A DNA stretch of 45,933 bases, taken from NCBI GenBank assembly GCA_040900345.1, contig JBBDZE010000008.1, forward strand, positions 1 to 45,933, in the 5' to 3' direction. Origin of the DNA: Candidatus Spechtbacterales bacterium (GTDB taxonomy: Bacteria > Patescibacteriota > Minisyncoccia > Spechtbacterales > 2-12-FULL-38-22). Both the position numbers and the translations under genes were made by a program. How positions within the stretch are numbered: position 1 is the first letter of the stretch; every line of letters begins with the position of its first letter. Below the pieces are notes generated by a model, which saw only the letters and a program-made list of their open reading frames with translations, was not told the origin of the DNA and did no database searches. This document shows positions 8,882 through 16,958 of this stretch, piece by piece.

Positions 8882-8911
8882 CAAGCTTGATTCTATATGG
8901 TAAAGAGAGGA

Positions 8912-9301
8912 CTACGCAGTCTTGCGGCGTCCGGCGCTATTTGAGCAATCCATGCACAGCTGCGTTTCCGGCATAGCATCAAGGCGCTTGAGCGGGATGT
9001 CCTTGGCGCAGTTGCCACACGCACCGTAGGTGCCTTCGTTCATGCGAGTCAGAGCGGCGGTAATGGCCTTGAGGCTTACTTCAAGGGATTGCTCCACGGG
9101 GAGGCGGTTTACATATTCTTCCACCTCGTCAGAGGCCTCTTCAAGATTGAACACGGTATCAAAAATGGGGTAGGTGCTGTCCCAGTCCCCCTTGGGTTTG
9201 TCGTCCCGTTTCGCAATGCTAGAAAGTTCGGTCTCGATGCGCCCTTTGCGTTCTTCAAGCATGGCGCGCAGTTTATCAAGCTCTTGTTGAAGTAGTGTCA
9301 T
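8912..9301 (-). CDS. DksA/TraR-family C4 zinc-finger protein
   Basis: Coiled-coil N-terminus followed by CGNCAKDIPLKRLDAMPETQLCMDC (C-x2-C-x17-C-x2-C). Confidence 0.8.
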   Translation of the reverse strand: MTLLQQELDKLRAMLEERKGRIETELSSIAKRDDKPKGDWDSTYPIFDTVFNLEEASDEVEEYVNRLPVEQSLEVSLKAITAALTRMNEGTYGACGNCAKDIPLKRLDAMPETQLCMDCSNSAGRRKTA

Positions 9302-9756
9302 AGGTGTAGGTCTTGTTCTTTCATTGTCTGCCTATTGTACGTCATGTGGGAAGAAACCTCAACCCGACAGTAGCAGTTCAATCGTTTGGTGAGTCTGGCA
9401 CATCAAGCACTGCGCGCGGCTACCCCGAGAGCTTCTTTTTCGGTACGGCGGTTCAACCTCGCTTTGGGCACATGGGGCTCGCTAGAAAAGACAATGCCCC
9501 ACCAGGGCACAGGCGGGGCATGGTGCGGAAACGAGTAAAAAACGGCGTAACCAGTTCGCGACGGGCCTCTAGACCCAAGTGGCGTTGCCTGGTCGAGGTA
9601 ATCGTCGCGAACTGGTAGGATCCTCCCGTCCGCAAGGCGGTGGATACATAAGATCAGATCAGTATACGGGGTGGCTCCCTCGGCAGAACAATCGTGCGGG
9701 AACGTCAGCTACCTATAGACTGAAACGACCTGAAAGAACTCAAGTATAGTTTCGAA

Positions 9757-9826
9757 CATTCGGACATTCGTGTCAACAGGGGTACCTGTGGAAAAGTCCG
9801 AATGATGTCCGAATGATGTCCTAATG
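9757..9826. repeat. Short repeat cluster: GTCCGAATGAT x2 plus GTCCTAATG in tandem, with an inverted copy CATTCGGAC about 30 nt upstream
   Basis: Tandem copies are at 9796-9806, 9807-9817 and 9818-9826. The inverted copy is at 9757-9765. The cluster overlaps the stop codon of the 9821..10693 gene. Confidence 0.6.
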
Positions 9827-10693
9827 CGTATAGCGAGTTGAGAGTGCTTTAAACCGTTGCTCCGTAAGAAGTACGCGCGGATAGTAGAAAATAAGGTTGG
9901 ACGTGGTTAGGGTAAGCGGCCCGAGCTGCTCGGGGTAGCGCTCATGTCTGTTGGAGGTAATTTTGCGAACCTGGAGAGTATAGCAGAGCTGTTCAAGGAT
10001 GCGGTGGCCCCGGGTGAGGCCAAGCAGGGCTTCAAGCGCGCCGCGGGCAGCCAATAACAAGCGCCTGGGGCGCAGGGCGTAGCGATGGCCGGTTGGGTGC
10101 GAGGAGTTCCAAACGGGAATGGCGAGGCTTGAGACGACCCGATGAACACGGTTGGGACCAAGCGGCGCGTTGCTGATGGCGTAGTGGTTGAAACAAAGGC
10201 GATTTTGCACCGTGTTCCCATAGCGGCGGCGTCCAAGAAGATGTGAAACCACTGTGACAAGCATACGCACGGTCCACAAATGGCCGGGCCGTGCCTCAAT
10301 AAGGATGTCAATGTCGCTTTTGGGGTGCGCGTTGCCAATACTTACCGAACCGGTTACGTATACGGCCTGGAGAAACGGAATGTAGGCTAAAAAGCCGGCG
10401 ATTCTTGAAAAGCGTTTCCACTTGAGCGCGGCTTCCTTCGCCCCTTGTTCGCGCACAGCAAAAAGGCGCTCCCTCTCCTGGAGACACCAAAAACCGTTGT
10501 TGTGAGCCACAATACCCTGCTGTCTAAGGACACCGAGCGTTCCAGAAAGGTCTGCAAGCGTCGCGGATGCGCGGTGGTGTGTAAAAAGATAGCGCCGAAG
10601 CTCAACGAGCGTCAGAGGGCTCTTGCCGAAGGTATCGTAGTAGGCGAGCGTTTCGACGATTGCCTGCTCCTGGGGCGTAAGAGAACGTTCCAT
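9821..10693 (-). CDS. Pol-beta-superfamily nucleotidyltransferase-domain protein with a winged-helix-like N-terminus
   Basis: Classical NTase signature GSVSIGNAHPKSDIDILI (G[SG]-x9-13-D-h-D-h). The substrate is unknown. Confidence 0.65.
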   Translation of the reverse strand: MERSLTPQEQAIVETLAYYDTFGKSPLTLVELRRYLFTHHRASATLADLSGTLGVLRQQGIVAHNNGFWCLQERERLFAVREQGAKEAALKWKRFSRIAGFLAYIPFLQAVYVTGSVSIGNAHPKSDIDILIEARPGHLWTVRMLVTVVSHLLGRRRYGNTVQNRLCFNHYAISNAPLGPNRVHRVVSSLAIPVWNSSHPTGHRYALRPRRLLLAARGALEALLGLTRGHRILEQLCYTLQVRKITSNRHERYPEQLGPLTLTTSNLIFYYPRVLLTEQRFKALSTRYTH

Positions 10694-10697
10694 GCCT

Positions 10698-12290
10698 CTA
10701 TAATGCGATGGAAAGGGCTACTTTGTCGAGGAAGCTAAAGAGAGCTTCTCTGGATGTGGCGACCACGAGGTAGTTATCGAATGAGGAGAAATCAAGGGCC
10801 GCGAATGCTGTGGGATAGTTTTTGTAGGAGACCGGAATGCTTCGCACGCCATTTCCCGTATAGGTGGCAGACTGGAATGTAGCGGTTTCCAGTTCACCTG
10901 CACCGCTTAGAATAAGGGTTTTGAACTGTTCTTCAGCGCTTGCCTGCCATTGAGGAATAAATCCGGCCAGCTGGTTATCCTGGCCTGGTTTTGCCGTGAA
11001 GGCCATGCCAAAGCGGGCCGTGTCGCAGGAAGGAACGCTAAGAGTGTTGACGCAGGCTCCCCGTTCTTCGAGAGTTGGGGCATAAAGATACGGCATAAAG
11101 CGATCTTCCAGGGCCATTAATGAGGCCTCGGGTATCGCGATACTCATGGTTTGGAGAAATTCGCGGGCTCCCACATAGCGCGCGCTTCCTCCCGTAAGCG
11201 TGGGGTTGATGCGAATGGGCGTGTAGACTATGGCGCCCGGGCTGTAGGATTTTAGGGATTTGGTTCTGAGCGCATCAATAAGGTCCTCTTGAGTAAGATT
11301 GGCCAAAACAATCTCATCGGTTTGGTCGGGCGTACCAAGAGGAGCCGGTTGTTGGAGGGTCTGGTTACCAGGAGGGGTCGAGTCTTCCGGCCCGCTATCT
11401 CTGGCCACCAAGAAATAGTAGGCAGCGGCTCCGGAGACCACAGCAAAGAGTACCGCAATGGCCGCTACCAAGATAGTGGAGCGTCGGTCTTGGCTTTTGG
11501 GCTCTTCTCCCGGGATGCCGAGGTCTTCCATAGGTTCTGGATGAGGAAGCGGCTCGTCGGGCTTTGCCGTTGGTTTGACGGGCTCTTCGAGTGGTTCGTC
11601 GAATGTAATCCCAAGAATTTCTTCAGGGCTCTCTCCCGCTGGTTTTTGGGACGAGGAAGGTAGGTTGGGCATAGAGGTTGCGGAGAGCGCTTCGGGTTCG
11701 TCCTCGGTCAGGGGAAGGTTGGGCGGCGGCGCCCCTCGGCCGTTCGCTGATGCTGTCGGAGCGTCGTTGTCGTCGCGGACGGGGGGTTTGCTCGGCACAT
11801 CAGGGAGCGTTCGTACTACGCTCTCGGTGTGGCGTGGCTGAGGAGTGTCGAGGGGAGCTTTTTGCGTGGGCGCACGAGCCGGTTCTTCAAGCGGTAGAAG
11901 CTCATCGAGCTCTTGGTCGCTGAGAGGTGCTTTGGCGGGTAGTTTTTGGGAGCTTGGGGCGGGGGGAACGCTTTGGGGCATCGGTTTTTGTGGCGCGGGC
12001 GTTGAAAAGCGTAAGTTTGGTTCGCCAGAGGCGGGAGGGACCGGTTTTTGCGGCGTTTGGGCGGGGTTGGAGGCTGAAAGCTTGTCGTTAGACATGACGG
12101 ATTTCATCTCGGCCATCGGCTTGTTGGGCGCGGGTGGGAGGCCGGGCGCTTTTTTATCTTGCGGCCCAAAAGAGGCGCCGTTCATGCGGGCTGTCTCAAG
12201 GTCATCGGCCATCGTGCGAATCGTGCCCGCAATAGTAGTGTTTTCGTTTGCCATAATTTTGTTCGCAAGCGAACAAAAGGTATTAGTCAC
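10698..12290 (-). CDS. Membrane-anchored protein with a long Pro/Ser/Ala-rich cytoplasmic-side region, one TM segment and a globular C-terminal domain (uncharacterised)
   Basis: Low-complexity PxxP-rich N-terminal half, TM segment STILVAAIAVLFAVVSGAAAYYFLV, then an ordinary-composition domain of about 230 aa. The start could instead be the internal MANENTT. Confidence 0.6.
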   Translation of the reverse strand: MTNTFCSLANKIMANENTTIAGTIRTMADDLETARMNGASFGPQDKKAPGLPPAPNKPMAEMKSVMSNDKLSASNPAQTPQKPVPPASGEPNLRFSTPAPQKPMPQSVPPAPSSQKLPAKAPLSDQELDELLPLEEPARAPTQKAPLDTPQPRHTESVVRTLPDVPSKPPVRDDNDAPTASANGRGAPPPNLPLTEDEPEALSATSMPNLPSSSQKPAGESPEEILGITFDEPLEEPVKPTAKPDEPLPHPEPMEDLGIPGEEPKSQDRRSTILVAAIAVLFAVVSGAAAYYFLVARDSGPEDSTPPGNQTLQQPAPLGTPDQTDEIVLANLTQEDLIDALRTKSLKSYSPGAIVYTPIRINPTLTGGSARYVGAREFLQTMSIAIPEASLMALEDRFMPYLYAPTLEERGACVNTLSVPSCDTARFGMAFTAKPGQDNQLAGFIPQWQASAEEQFKTLILSGAGELETATFQSATYTGNGVRSIPVSYKNYPTAFAALDFSSFDNYLVVATSREALFSFLDKVALSIAL

Positions 12291-12438
12291 CGCATCTTGC
12301 GGGGGCCCACCAAAATCGGTGGGCTATGGGGGCTAGGTTTAGGGCACTTACAATCACCGGTACAACCTAAACACCTAGAACCTAACACTTGCGTGCTCGT
12401 ATTGTAGCATGTTCGCAGCATAAGTTTTTATCCACACA

Positions 12439-12474
12439 ACACAATAGCGCCTCCGTGAAGAGGCGCTATTGTGT
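12439..12474 (-). terminator. 15-bp hairpin downstream of pnp
   Basis: ACACAATAGCGCCTC-cgtgaa-GAGGCGCTATTGTGT begins 17 nt beyond the pnp stop. No clean U-tract. Confidence 0.5.
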
Positions 12475-12490
12475 GGGAATGAATACTTTC

Positions 12491-14611
12491 CTACGAACGT
12501 CCCTGGGAGGGTTCGCCCTTGGGCAGGGTGGAAGATGCCTGTTTGGCAGAAGCGGCGATCTTTCCTTGCTCGTCAATGCGAATGACTTTGACATCGAGCC
12601 AGTCGTCTACATTGACGATATCGTGGACATCCTTCACGAACGTATCGGATAACTCCGAAACGTGCACTAGGGCTTCCTGGCCGGGGACAAGCTCAACGAA
12701 TGCCCCAAATTCAGCGATTTTTGTAACTTTTGCGTGAAATTGCTCCCCCAGTTCAATCTCGCGGGTAAGGTTATAAGCCCATTCTGCGGCGCGCTCTACG
12801 TTAGCCGCGTTGGTGCCGGAGATAAAGACGCGGCCGTCATCCTCAACGTTAATCTCCGTTTCGGTCTCGGCCATAATCTCTTTGATGGTACTGCCGCCGC
12901 TGCCAATGAGGCGTCCAATACGCGCCGGCTTTATTTGAATCATCTTAATGAGGGGTGCGTAGGGAGAAAGGCCTTCTCGTGGCTGGGCAATGGCGCCTTC
13001 AAGCACCTGGAGAATTTCTTGGCGGGCCGTTTTTGCCTGCGCAAAGGCCTTTTCGAGCAGTTCCAAGCTAACCCCATTTATTTTAACGTCCATTTGCATG
13101 GCAGTAACACCTTGGCTGGTACCGGCTACCTTGAGGTCCATGTCGCCATGGTGGTCTTCTGGCCCCTGAATATCCGTTAAAATACGGTAGTCAGCGCCGT
13201 CAGAGGTCGACATCAGGCCCATGGCAATGCCAGCAATGTGGCGCTTTATCGGGACGCCGGCATCCATTAAGGCAAGCGATGAGGCGCATACCGAACCCAT
13301 AGAGGAGGAGCCGTTGGATGAAAGAACCTCGGAAACCAGGCGGGTCACGTAGGGAAAGTCGTTCTCATCAGGAAGGAGCGGGTGTAAGGCCTTTTCGGCC
13401 AACGCGCCATGTCCTAATTCGCGCCGTCCGGGACCGCGGAAGAATCCTGTCTCGCCCGTGGAAAAGGGCGGGAAGTTGTAGTGGTGCATGAAGCGCTTTC
13501 GATACTCCCCTTCCATATCGTCGTGAATCTCTTCGTCTCCGGGAACGCCGAGCGTGGTGGCGGTGAGTACGTGGGTCAATCCCCGCATAAATAGGCCCGA
13601 TCCGTGGGCTCTAGGCAACAGACTGACCTGCGCGGAAAGGGGTCGAATCTCGTCCATGGCGCGGCCGTCCACACGCTTGTTCTCCTTCAAAGCGCCTTCG
13701 TGAACAATCTCGTCGCCCAGTTCATCCAAGTATCCCCAGAGTGGGGAAATGTCCGAGTCGGAGTGCTGCTCTTGCAATTCGGACATTATGGTGTCCTTAA
13801 GTGCCGATACAATTTCCACGTGGTCGTGGCGAACGCTGAGCAGGGCCTCTTTCATCTCCGCGTACGCACGCTGGCGTACGTTGGCTTTAAGCTCGTCTGT
13901 CAAATCGTTTACCGCAACATTTTGCTTCTCCTTGCCAATCTCCTTGCGAATGGTCTCTTGCAATTTGGAAAGCTCTTCCACATAGCGGGCCCCAAAGGTA
14001 AGGGCCTCCATAATCTCTTGCTCGGGGCGCTCTTTGGCGTCCACCTCTATCATGTTGATATTGCCGTGCGCGCCGGCAAGGGTTACGTTCAAGGAAGCCT
14101 CTTCCTGCTGCGCGTTGGACGGGTTGAGAACCAGCTCGTCCCCTATCTTGGCGACGCGCACGGCACCGATGGGTCCACCCCATGGGATGTCCGAAATATG
14201 TAACGCGGTTGAGGCGGCAATGAACGAAATAATGTCCGGCGTGTTGTGCGGATCGTAGGAAAGTACGCTATTGACCACCTGCACCTCGCGGCGCATCTTT
14301 TGGTTAAAGAGCGGGCGCAGGGTTCGGTCTACCATGCGGGCTCTCAGGGTCGCGTCGGTGCTGGGTTTGGCTTCGCGCTTATAGAAGCGGCCGCCACCCA
14401 AAATGCCTGCGGCGTAGTATTTTTCGCTGTACTCGACGGTCAATGGGAAATAACCCAGAGAAACGTCTTTGTTCCCCATAGTAACAGCCGACAAAACGAC
14501 GGTATCGCCGTAACGGGCAATGACCGAGGCATTTGCTTGCTCGGCCCAGGGGAGGAATTCGAGCGTGAGCTTTCGCCCCCCAAGCTCAAACGAGTATTCT
14601 TTTTTCTCCAT
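12491..14611 (-). CDS. pnp: Polyribonucleotide nucleotidyltransferase (PNPase)
   Basis: Two RNase PH domains (e.g. GRRELGHGALAEKAL), a KH domain (IGRLIGSGGSTIKEI) and an S1 domain (FHAKVTKIAEFGAFVEL). Confidence 0.95.
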   Translation of the reverse strand: MEKKEYSFELGGRKLTLEFLPWAEQANASVIARYGDTVVLSAVTMGNKDVSLGYFPLTVEYSEKYYAAGILGGGRFYKREAKPSTDATLRARMVDRTLRPLFNQKMRREVQVVNSVLSYDPHNTPDIISFIAASTALHISDIPWGGPIGAVRVAKIGDELVLNPSNAQQEEASLNVTLAGAHGNINMIEVDAKERPEQEIMEALTFGARYVEELSKLQETIRKEIGKEKQNVAVNDLTDELKANVRQRAYAEMKEALLSVRHDHVEIVSALKDTIMSELQEQHSDSDISPLWGYLDELGDEIVHEGALKENKRVDGRAMDEIRPLSAQVSLLPRAHGSGLFMRGLTHVLTATTLGVPGDEEIHDDMEGEYRKRFMHHYNFPPFSTGETGFFRGPGRRELGHGALAEKALHPLLPDENDFPYVTRLVSEVLSSNGSSSMGSVCASSLALMDAGVPIKRHIAGIAMGLMSTSDGADYRILTDIQGPEDHHGDMDLKVAGTSQGVTAMQMDVKINGVSLELLEKAFAQAKTARQEILQVLEGAIAQPREGLSPYAPLIKMIQIKPARIGRLIGSGGSTIKEIMAETETEINVEDDGRVFISGTNAANVERAAEWAYNLTREIELGEQFHAKVTKIAEFGAFVELVPGQEALVHVSELSDTFVKDVHDIVNVDDWLDVKVIRIDEQGKIAASAKQASSTLPKGEPSQGRS

Positions 14612-14750
14612 AACGTATGACGAGAGGTCGCACCACCTTTAGGGCGGGGAGGGTGCTAAGACAAGAGAGAACATCGGCCAAACCGCTACTCTCTTTTGCC
14701 TTCTACCCTACCTTCCGTGCTATCCTCGCGTAGTGATTAAATAACGTATT

Positions 14751-15317
14751 TTACTTACTGGTTGCACTGGCGGCGTCGCCCGATGCCGGTTGTTTTCTGG
14801 GGCGGGAAACACGTCGCTGCAAAAGGAAGCGTTTTGGGTTGTCGGACAAATCCAGAAAGTCGTCCGCCGCCTCTTTCAAGCGGGAAGAAGCACTGGAACC
14901 AAATGCCATGACCTCGGTTTGTGTCCCCTGGTTCTTCAGGTATTCTACCAATGGAATGAAGTCCCCATCGCCGCTCATAAGGATGATGACGTCAACCCGA
15001 TTGGCAAGGCGGATGCCATCAACAGCAATACCTACGTCCCAATCCGCTTTTTTGAGACCTCCGTAAAAGATTTGAAGGTCCTTTACTCGAATTTCAATAC
15101 CCATGGTGTGAAGAATGTCGAAAAACTGCTTTTCTTCTTCACTTTCCGTGCGCACCACGTAGGCAAACGCTCGTACGAGTTGGCGATCCCCCACGGCGTA
15201 GTCGAGAATCTCTTTGAAATTTACCCGGCGCTGGTGCAGGTGTTTGGCCGAATGATAGAGATTTTGGACATCAATAAGGACGGCAACGCGTTGTGCTGGA
15301 TGTTTGATAACGGGCAT
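14751..15317 (-). CDS. NYN (LabA-like) domain protein
   Basis: VAVLIDVQNLYHSAK...RAFAYV...DVGIAVD...VIILMSGDGDFIPLVEYL is a typical NYN/LabA ribonuclease-fold pattern. Confidence 0.8.
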   Translation of the reverse strand: MPVIKHPAQRVAVLIDVQNLYHSAKHLHQRRVNFKEILDYAVGDRQLVRAFAYVVRTESEEEKQFFDILHTMGIEIRVKDLQIFYGGLKKADWDVGIAVDGIRLANRVDVIILMSGDGDFIPLVEYLKNQGTQTEVMAFGSSASSRLKEAADDFLDLSDNPKRFLLQRRVSRPRKQPASGDAASATSK

Positions 15318-15333
15318 GAAAAAAAGCCTAGGA

Positions 15334-15600
15334 TTAGGACTTAAGACCGACCTTCTTGATGAGAGAGTTATAGCGCTTTGAGCTCTCTCGAGAGAGAAAG
15401 GTGAGTAGCGTTTTGCGCTTGGAGACCATCTTAAGAAGTCCGCGACGAGAGTGATTGTCCTTGGGGTGGGATTTGAGGTGTCTTACGAGCTGTTTAATTT
15501 CCTCGGTGAGGACGGCTATCTGGACTTCCGCAGAACCGGTGTCGCTTTCGTGGAGCTTGTACTTTTCAATAATCTTTTGTTTGTCTTGCGTTTCCAACAT
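15334..15600 (-). CDS. rpsO: 30S ribosomal protein S15
   Basis: MLETQDKQKIIEKYKLHESDTGSAEVQIAVLTEEIKQLVRHLKSHPKDNHSRRGLLKMVSKRKTLLTFL... (88 aa). The track ORF 15334..15837 is an unsupported upstream extension. Confidence 0.95.
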   Translation of the reverse strand: MLETQDKQKIIEKYKLHESDTGSAEVQIAVLTEEIKQLVRHLKSHPKDNHSRRGLLKMVSKRKTLLTFLSRESSKRYNSLIKKVGLKS

Positions 15601-15790
15601 GATTGTAGAGCGAAAAAATAATACTCGTACGGTGTTCGGAGCGCATGCTGACGAAGCACCCACGCGCCGCCGAAAGAAGTACCTCAAGCGTAGCACACAT
15701 CGGAGAAGTTGGCAATCCCGTACATGTGTAGCGTGATAGGGTCCAGGGCCAAATAAAACTTCAATGTAAGGCGGCCTTAGAGTTCTTTTG

Positions 15791-15856
15791 AAGATACTAC
15801 CAATACAGACCCCGCAAAGGAGGTCTGCATTGAGCATTGTGCCCCCAGGAGGACTC
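15791..15856. repeat. 66-nt direct repeat, copy 1: a hairpin module plus the last about 17 nt of tRNA-Lys
   Basis: aagatactaccaatacagaccccgcaaaggaggtctgCattgagcattgtgcccccaggaggactc matches 16027-16092 with one mismatch. It contains the hairpin AATACAGACC/GGTCTGTATT. Confidence 0.8.
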
Positions 15857-16026
15857 CGCTTCGCTAGAACCTGTCGTCCGTCGGGCGACGGACTCGTTGA
15901 AATCTCCCGCCTGCCAGCGCCTGATGCCGCTAGGCAATGGCGGGCAGGTGCGGTTTCAACGCTTCGCTGCTTCCACCGCGGGGAACCGCGGTTCCCCGGC
16001 CCCCTCCGCAGGTTCGAATCCTCCTA

Positions 16027-16109
16027 AAGATACTACCAATACAGACCCCGCAAAGGAGGTCTGTATTGAGCATTGTGCCCCCAGGAGGACTCGAACCTCC
16101 AACCAATTG
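16027..16109. repeat. Direct repeat copy 2, extended to cover the 3' about 35 nt of tRNA-Lys (T-arm plus acceptor)
   Basis: tgcccccaggaggactcgaacctccaaccaatt (16076-16108) is identical to the corresponding part of the intact tRNA-Lys gene (16236-16268). Confidence 0.8.
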
Positions 16110-16234
16110 TCCCGCAGCCATTCGGCTTTGCCGAAGGTGCGGGATTGCGATTTGTAACCAAATCAAGATTTGGACAAATCGGGAACTTAAGAGGCAACTG
16201 CGGCATTTACCCCGCACTAAAATTGCCAAGAGTG

Positions 16235-16306
16235 TGCCCCCAGGAGGACTCGAACCTCCAACCAATTGCTTAAGAGGCAACTGCTCTACCGTTGAGCTAT
16301 AGGGGC
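16235..16306 (-). tRNA. tRNA-Lys (anticodon CUU); CCA not encoded
   Basis: GCCCCTA TA GCTC AACGGTA GAGC A GTTGC CTCTTAA GCAAT TGGTT GGAGG TTCGAGT CCTCC TGGGGGC A folds as a cloverleaf by hand. Confidence 0.85.
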
Positions 16307-16310
16307 CTGA

Positions 16311-16958
16311 TCAACTACCGCTGATCGTAATGCGCCACCAACTCCCAAACCCTACCCATTCGGCAACATCAAGGGCGGTGAGAAATGTATTGACGAGGAG
16401 CCAGGCGATGAGAACGATGCCGTAGCCGATGAAGGCGTTTACAAGGTACTGCCTCCCGCGGTTAAAGCGACTAGGGTTCCCCATCGAAACGATCATCATG
16501 AATCCACCAGCGGCCGTCATGAGGACGACCAAAATTGGCGCGAGGGTGAATATAGCAAAGTCCAATATGTTGTGCAAGAGCTGGAAAAAGTGAACGAACG
16601 TGCAGGGGTTTCCGCGATTTCCACAGTCCGGGACGAGGCCTTCCTCAGAGTAGTTGCGATCGTTCGGGCCCGGTACGGCCGCCTCGCACTTGTTTTGAGC
16701 GTTGCAGAACTCCCCTGCCCCACAGACGGTACTGGTGGTGTTGCCGGGCGGACATAGCGCCTTGCAGGTGTTTTCCCCATTTTGTACAACGCAGCGGTGG
16801 GTGGCATCGGGGCAGTCAATAGGGCCTGCCGTAGGGTCTAATGGGTCAATCTCGCAGGGTACAGCCCGGGCGGAAGGGGCTATGCCAAACCCAAAAAGGG
16901 CCACAGCCAGAAGGAGCATCAGAAAGCCGGGAACGATGAAGAGCGAGATGTACTTCAT
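16311..16958 (-). CDS. Exported T4SS-pilin-like (TrbC/VirB2-like) protein with a Cys-rich N-terminal module
   Basis: Start trimmed to MKYISLFIVPGFLMLLLAVALFGFGIAPSARA (signal peptide). A 12-Cys segment follows (CEIDPLDP...CPDATHRCVVQNGENTCKALCPPGNTTSTVCGAGEFCNAQNKC...DCGNRGNPC). Next comes F..FFQLLHNILDFAIFTLAPILVVLMTAAGGFMMIVSMGNP...LVNAFIGYGIVLIAWLLVNTFL, a two-TM pilin-type C-terminus common in CPR. Confidence 0.6.
   Translation of the reverse strand: MKYISLFIVPGFLMLLLAVALFGFGIAPSARAVPCEIDPLDPTAGPIDCPDATHRCVVQNGENTCKALCPPGNTTSTVCGAGEFCNAQNKCEAAVPGPNDRNYSEEGLVPDCGNRGNPCTFVHFFQLLHNILDFAIFTLAPILVVLMTAAGGFMMIVSMGNPSRFNRGRQYLVNAFIGYGIVLIAWLLVNTFLTALDVAEWVGFGSWWRITISGS

Noticed and set aside
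9494-9521. Possible circularly permuted (two-piece) tmRNA junction: ATGCCCC-ACCA followed 10 nt later by GGGGCAT
   Set aside because: No T-arm lies directly 5' of the putative acceptor strand. There is no GGxUUCGAC-type D-loop analogue after GGGGCAT. The only nearby reading frame ends ...NQFATGL*, unlike known tags. A simple hairpin is the more likely explanation.
9786-9800. GGAAAAGTCCG resembling the RNase P RNA P4 strand (GAGGAAAGUCCG)
   Set aside because: It has one extra A and no matching ACAGAAnCCGGCUUA partner. An RNA starting here would overlap the well-formed NTase CDS.
15601-15837. N-terminal 79-aa extension of the rpsO ORF (track ORF 15334..15837)
   Set aside because: The extension has no resemblance to S15 and implausible composition. 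A canonical 88-aa S15 starts at the internal ATG (15600).
16003-16020. GGTTCGAATCC T-loop-like sequence on the + strand (possible tRNA)
   Set aside because: The T-stem has a C-C mismatch. No complementary acceptor 5' strand or anticodon arm exists upstream, and the 3' side lacks a proper acceptor/CCA register.
16074-16201. Intron-containing second tRNA-Lys (anticodon-arm copy plus a 76-nt insert plus the 3' half)
   Set aside because: No acceptor 5' strand (GCCCCTA) or D-arm precedes the anticodon-arm copy. The insert is far too short for a group I intron. I interpret it as a partial duplication or att scar.
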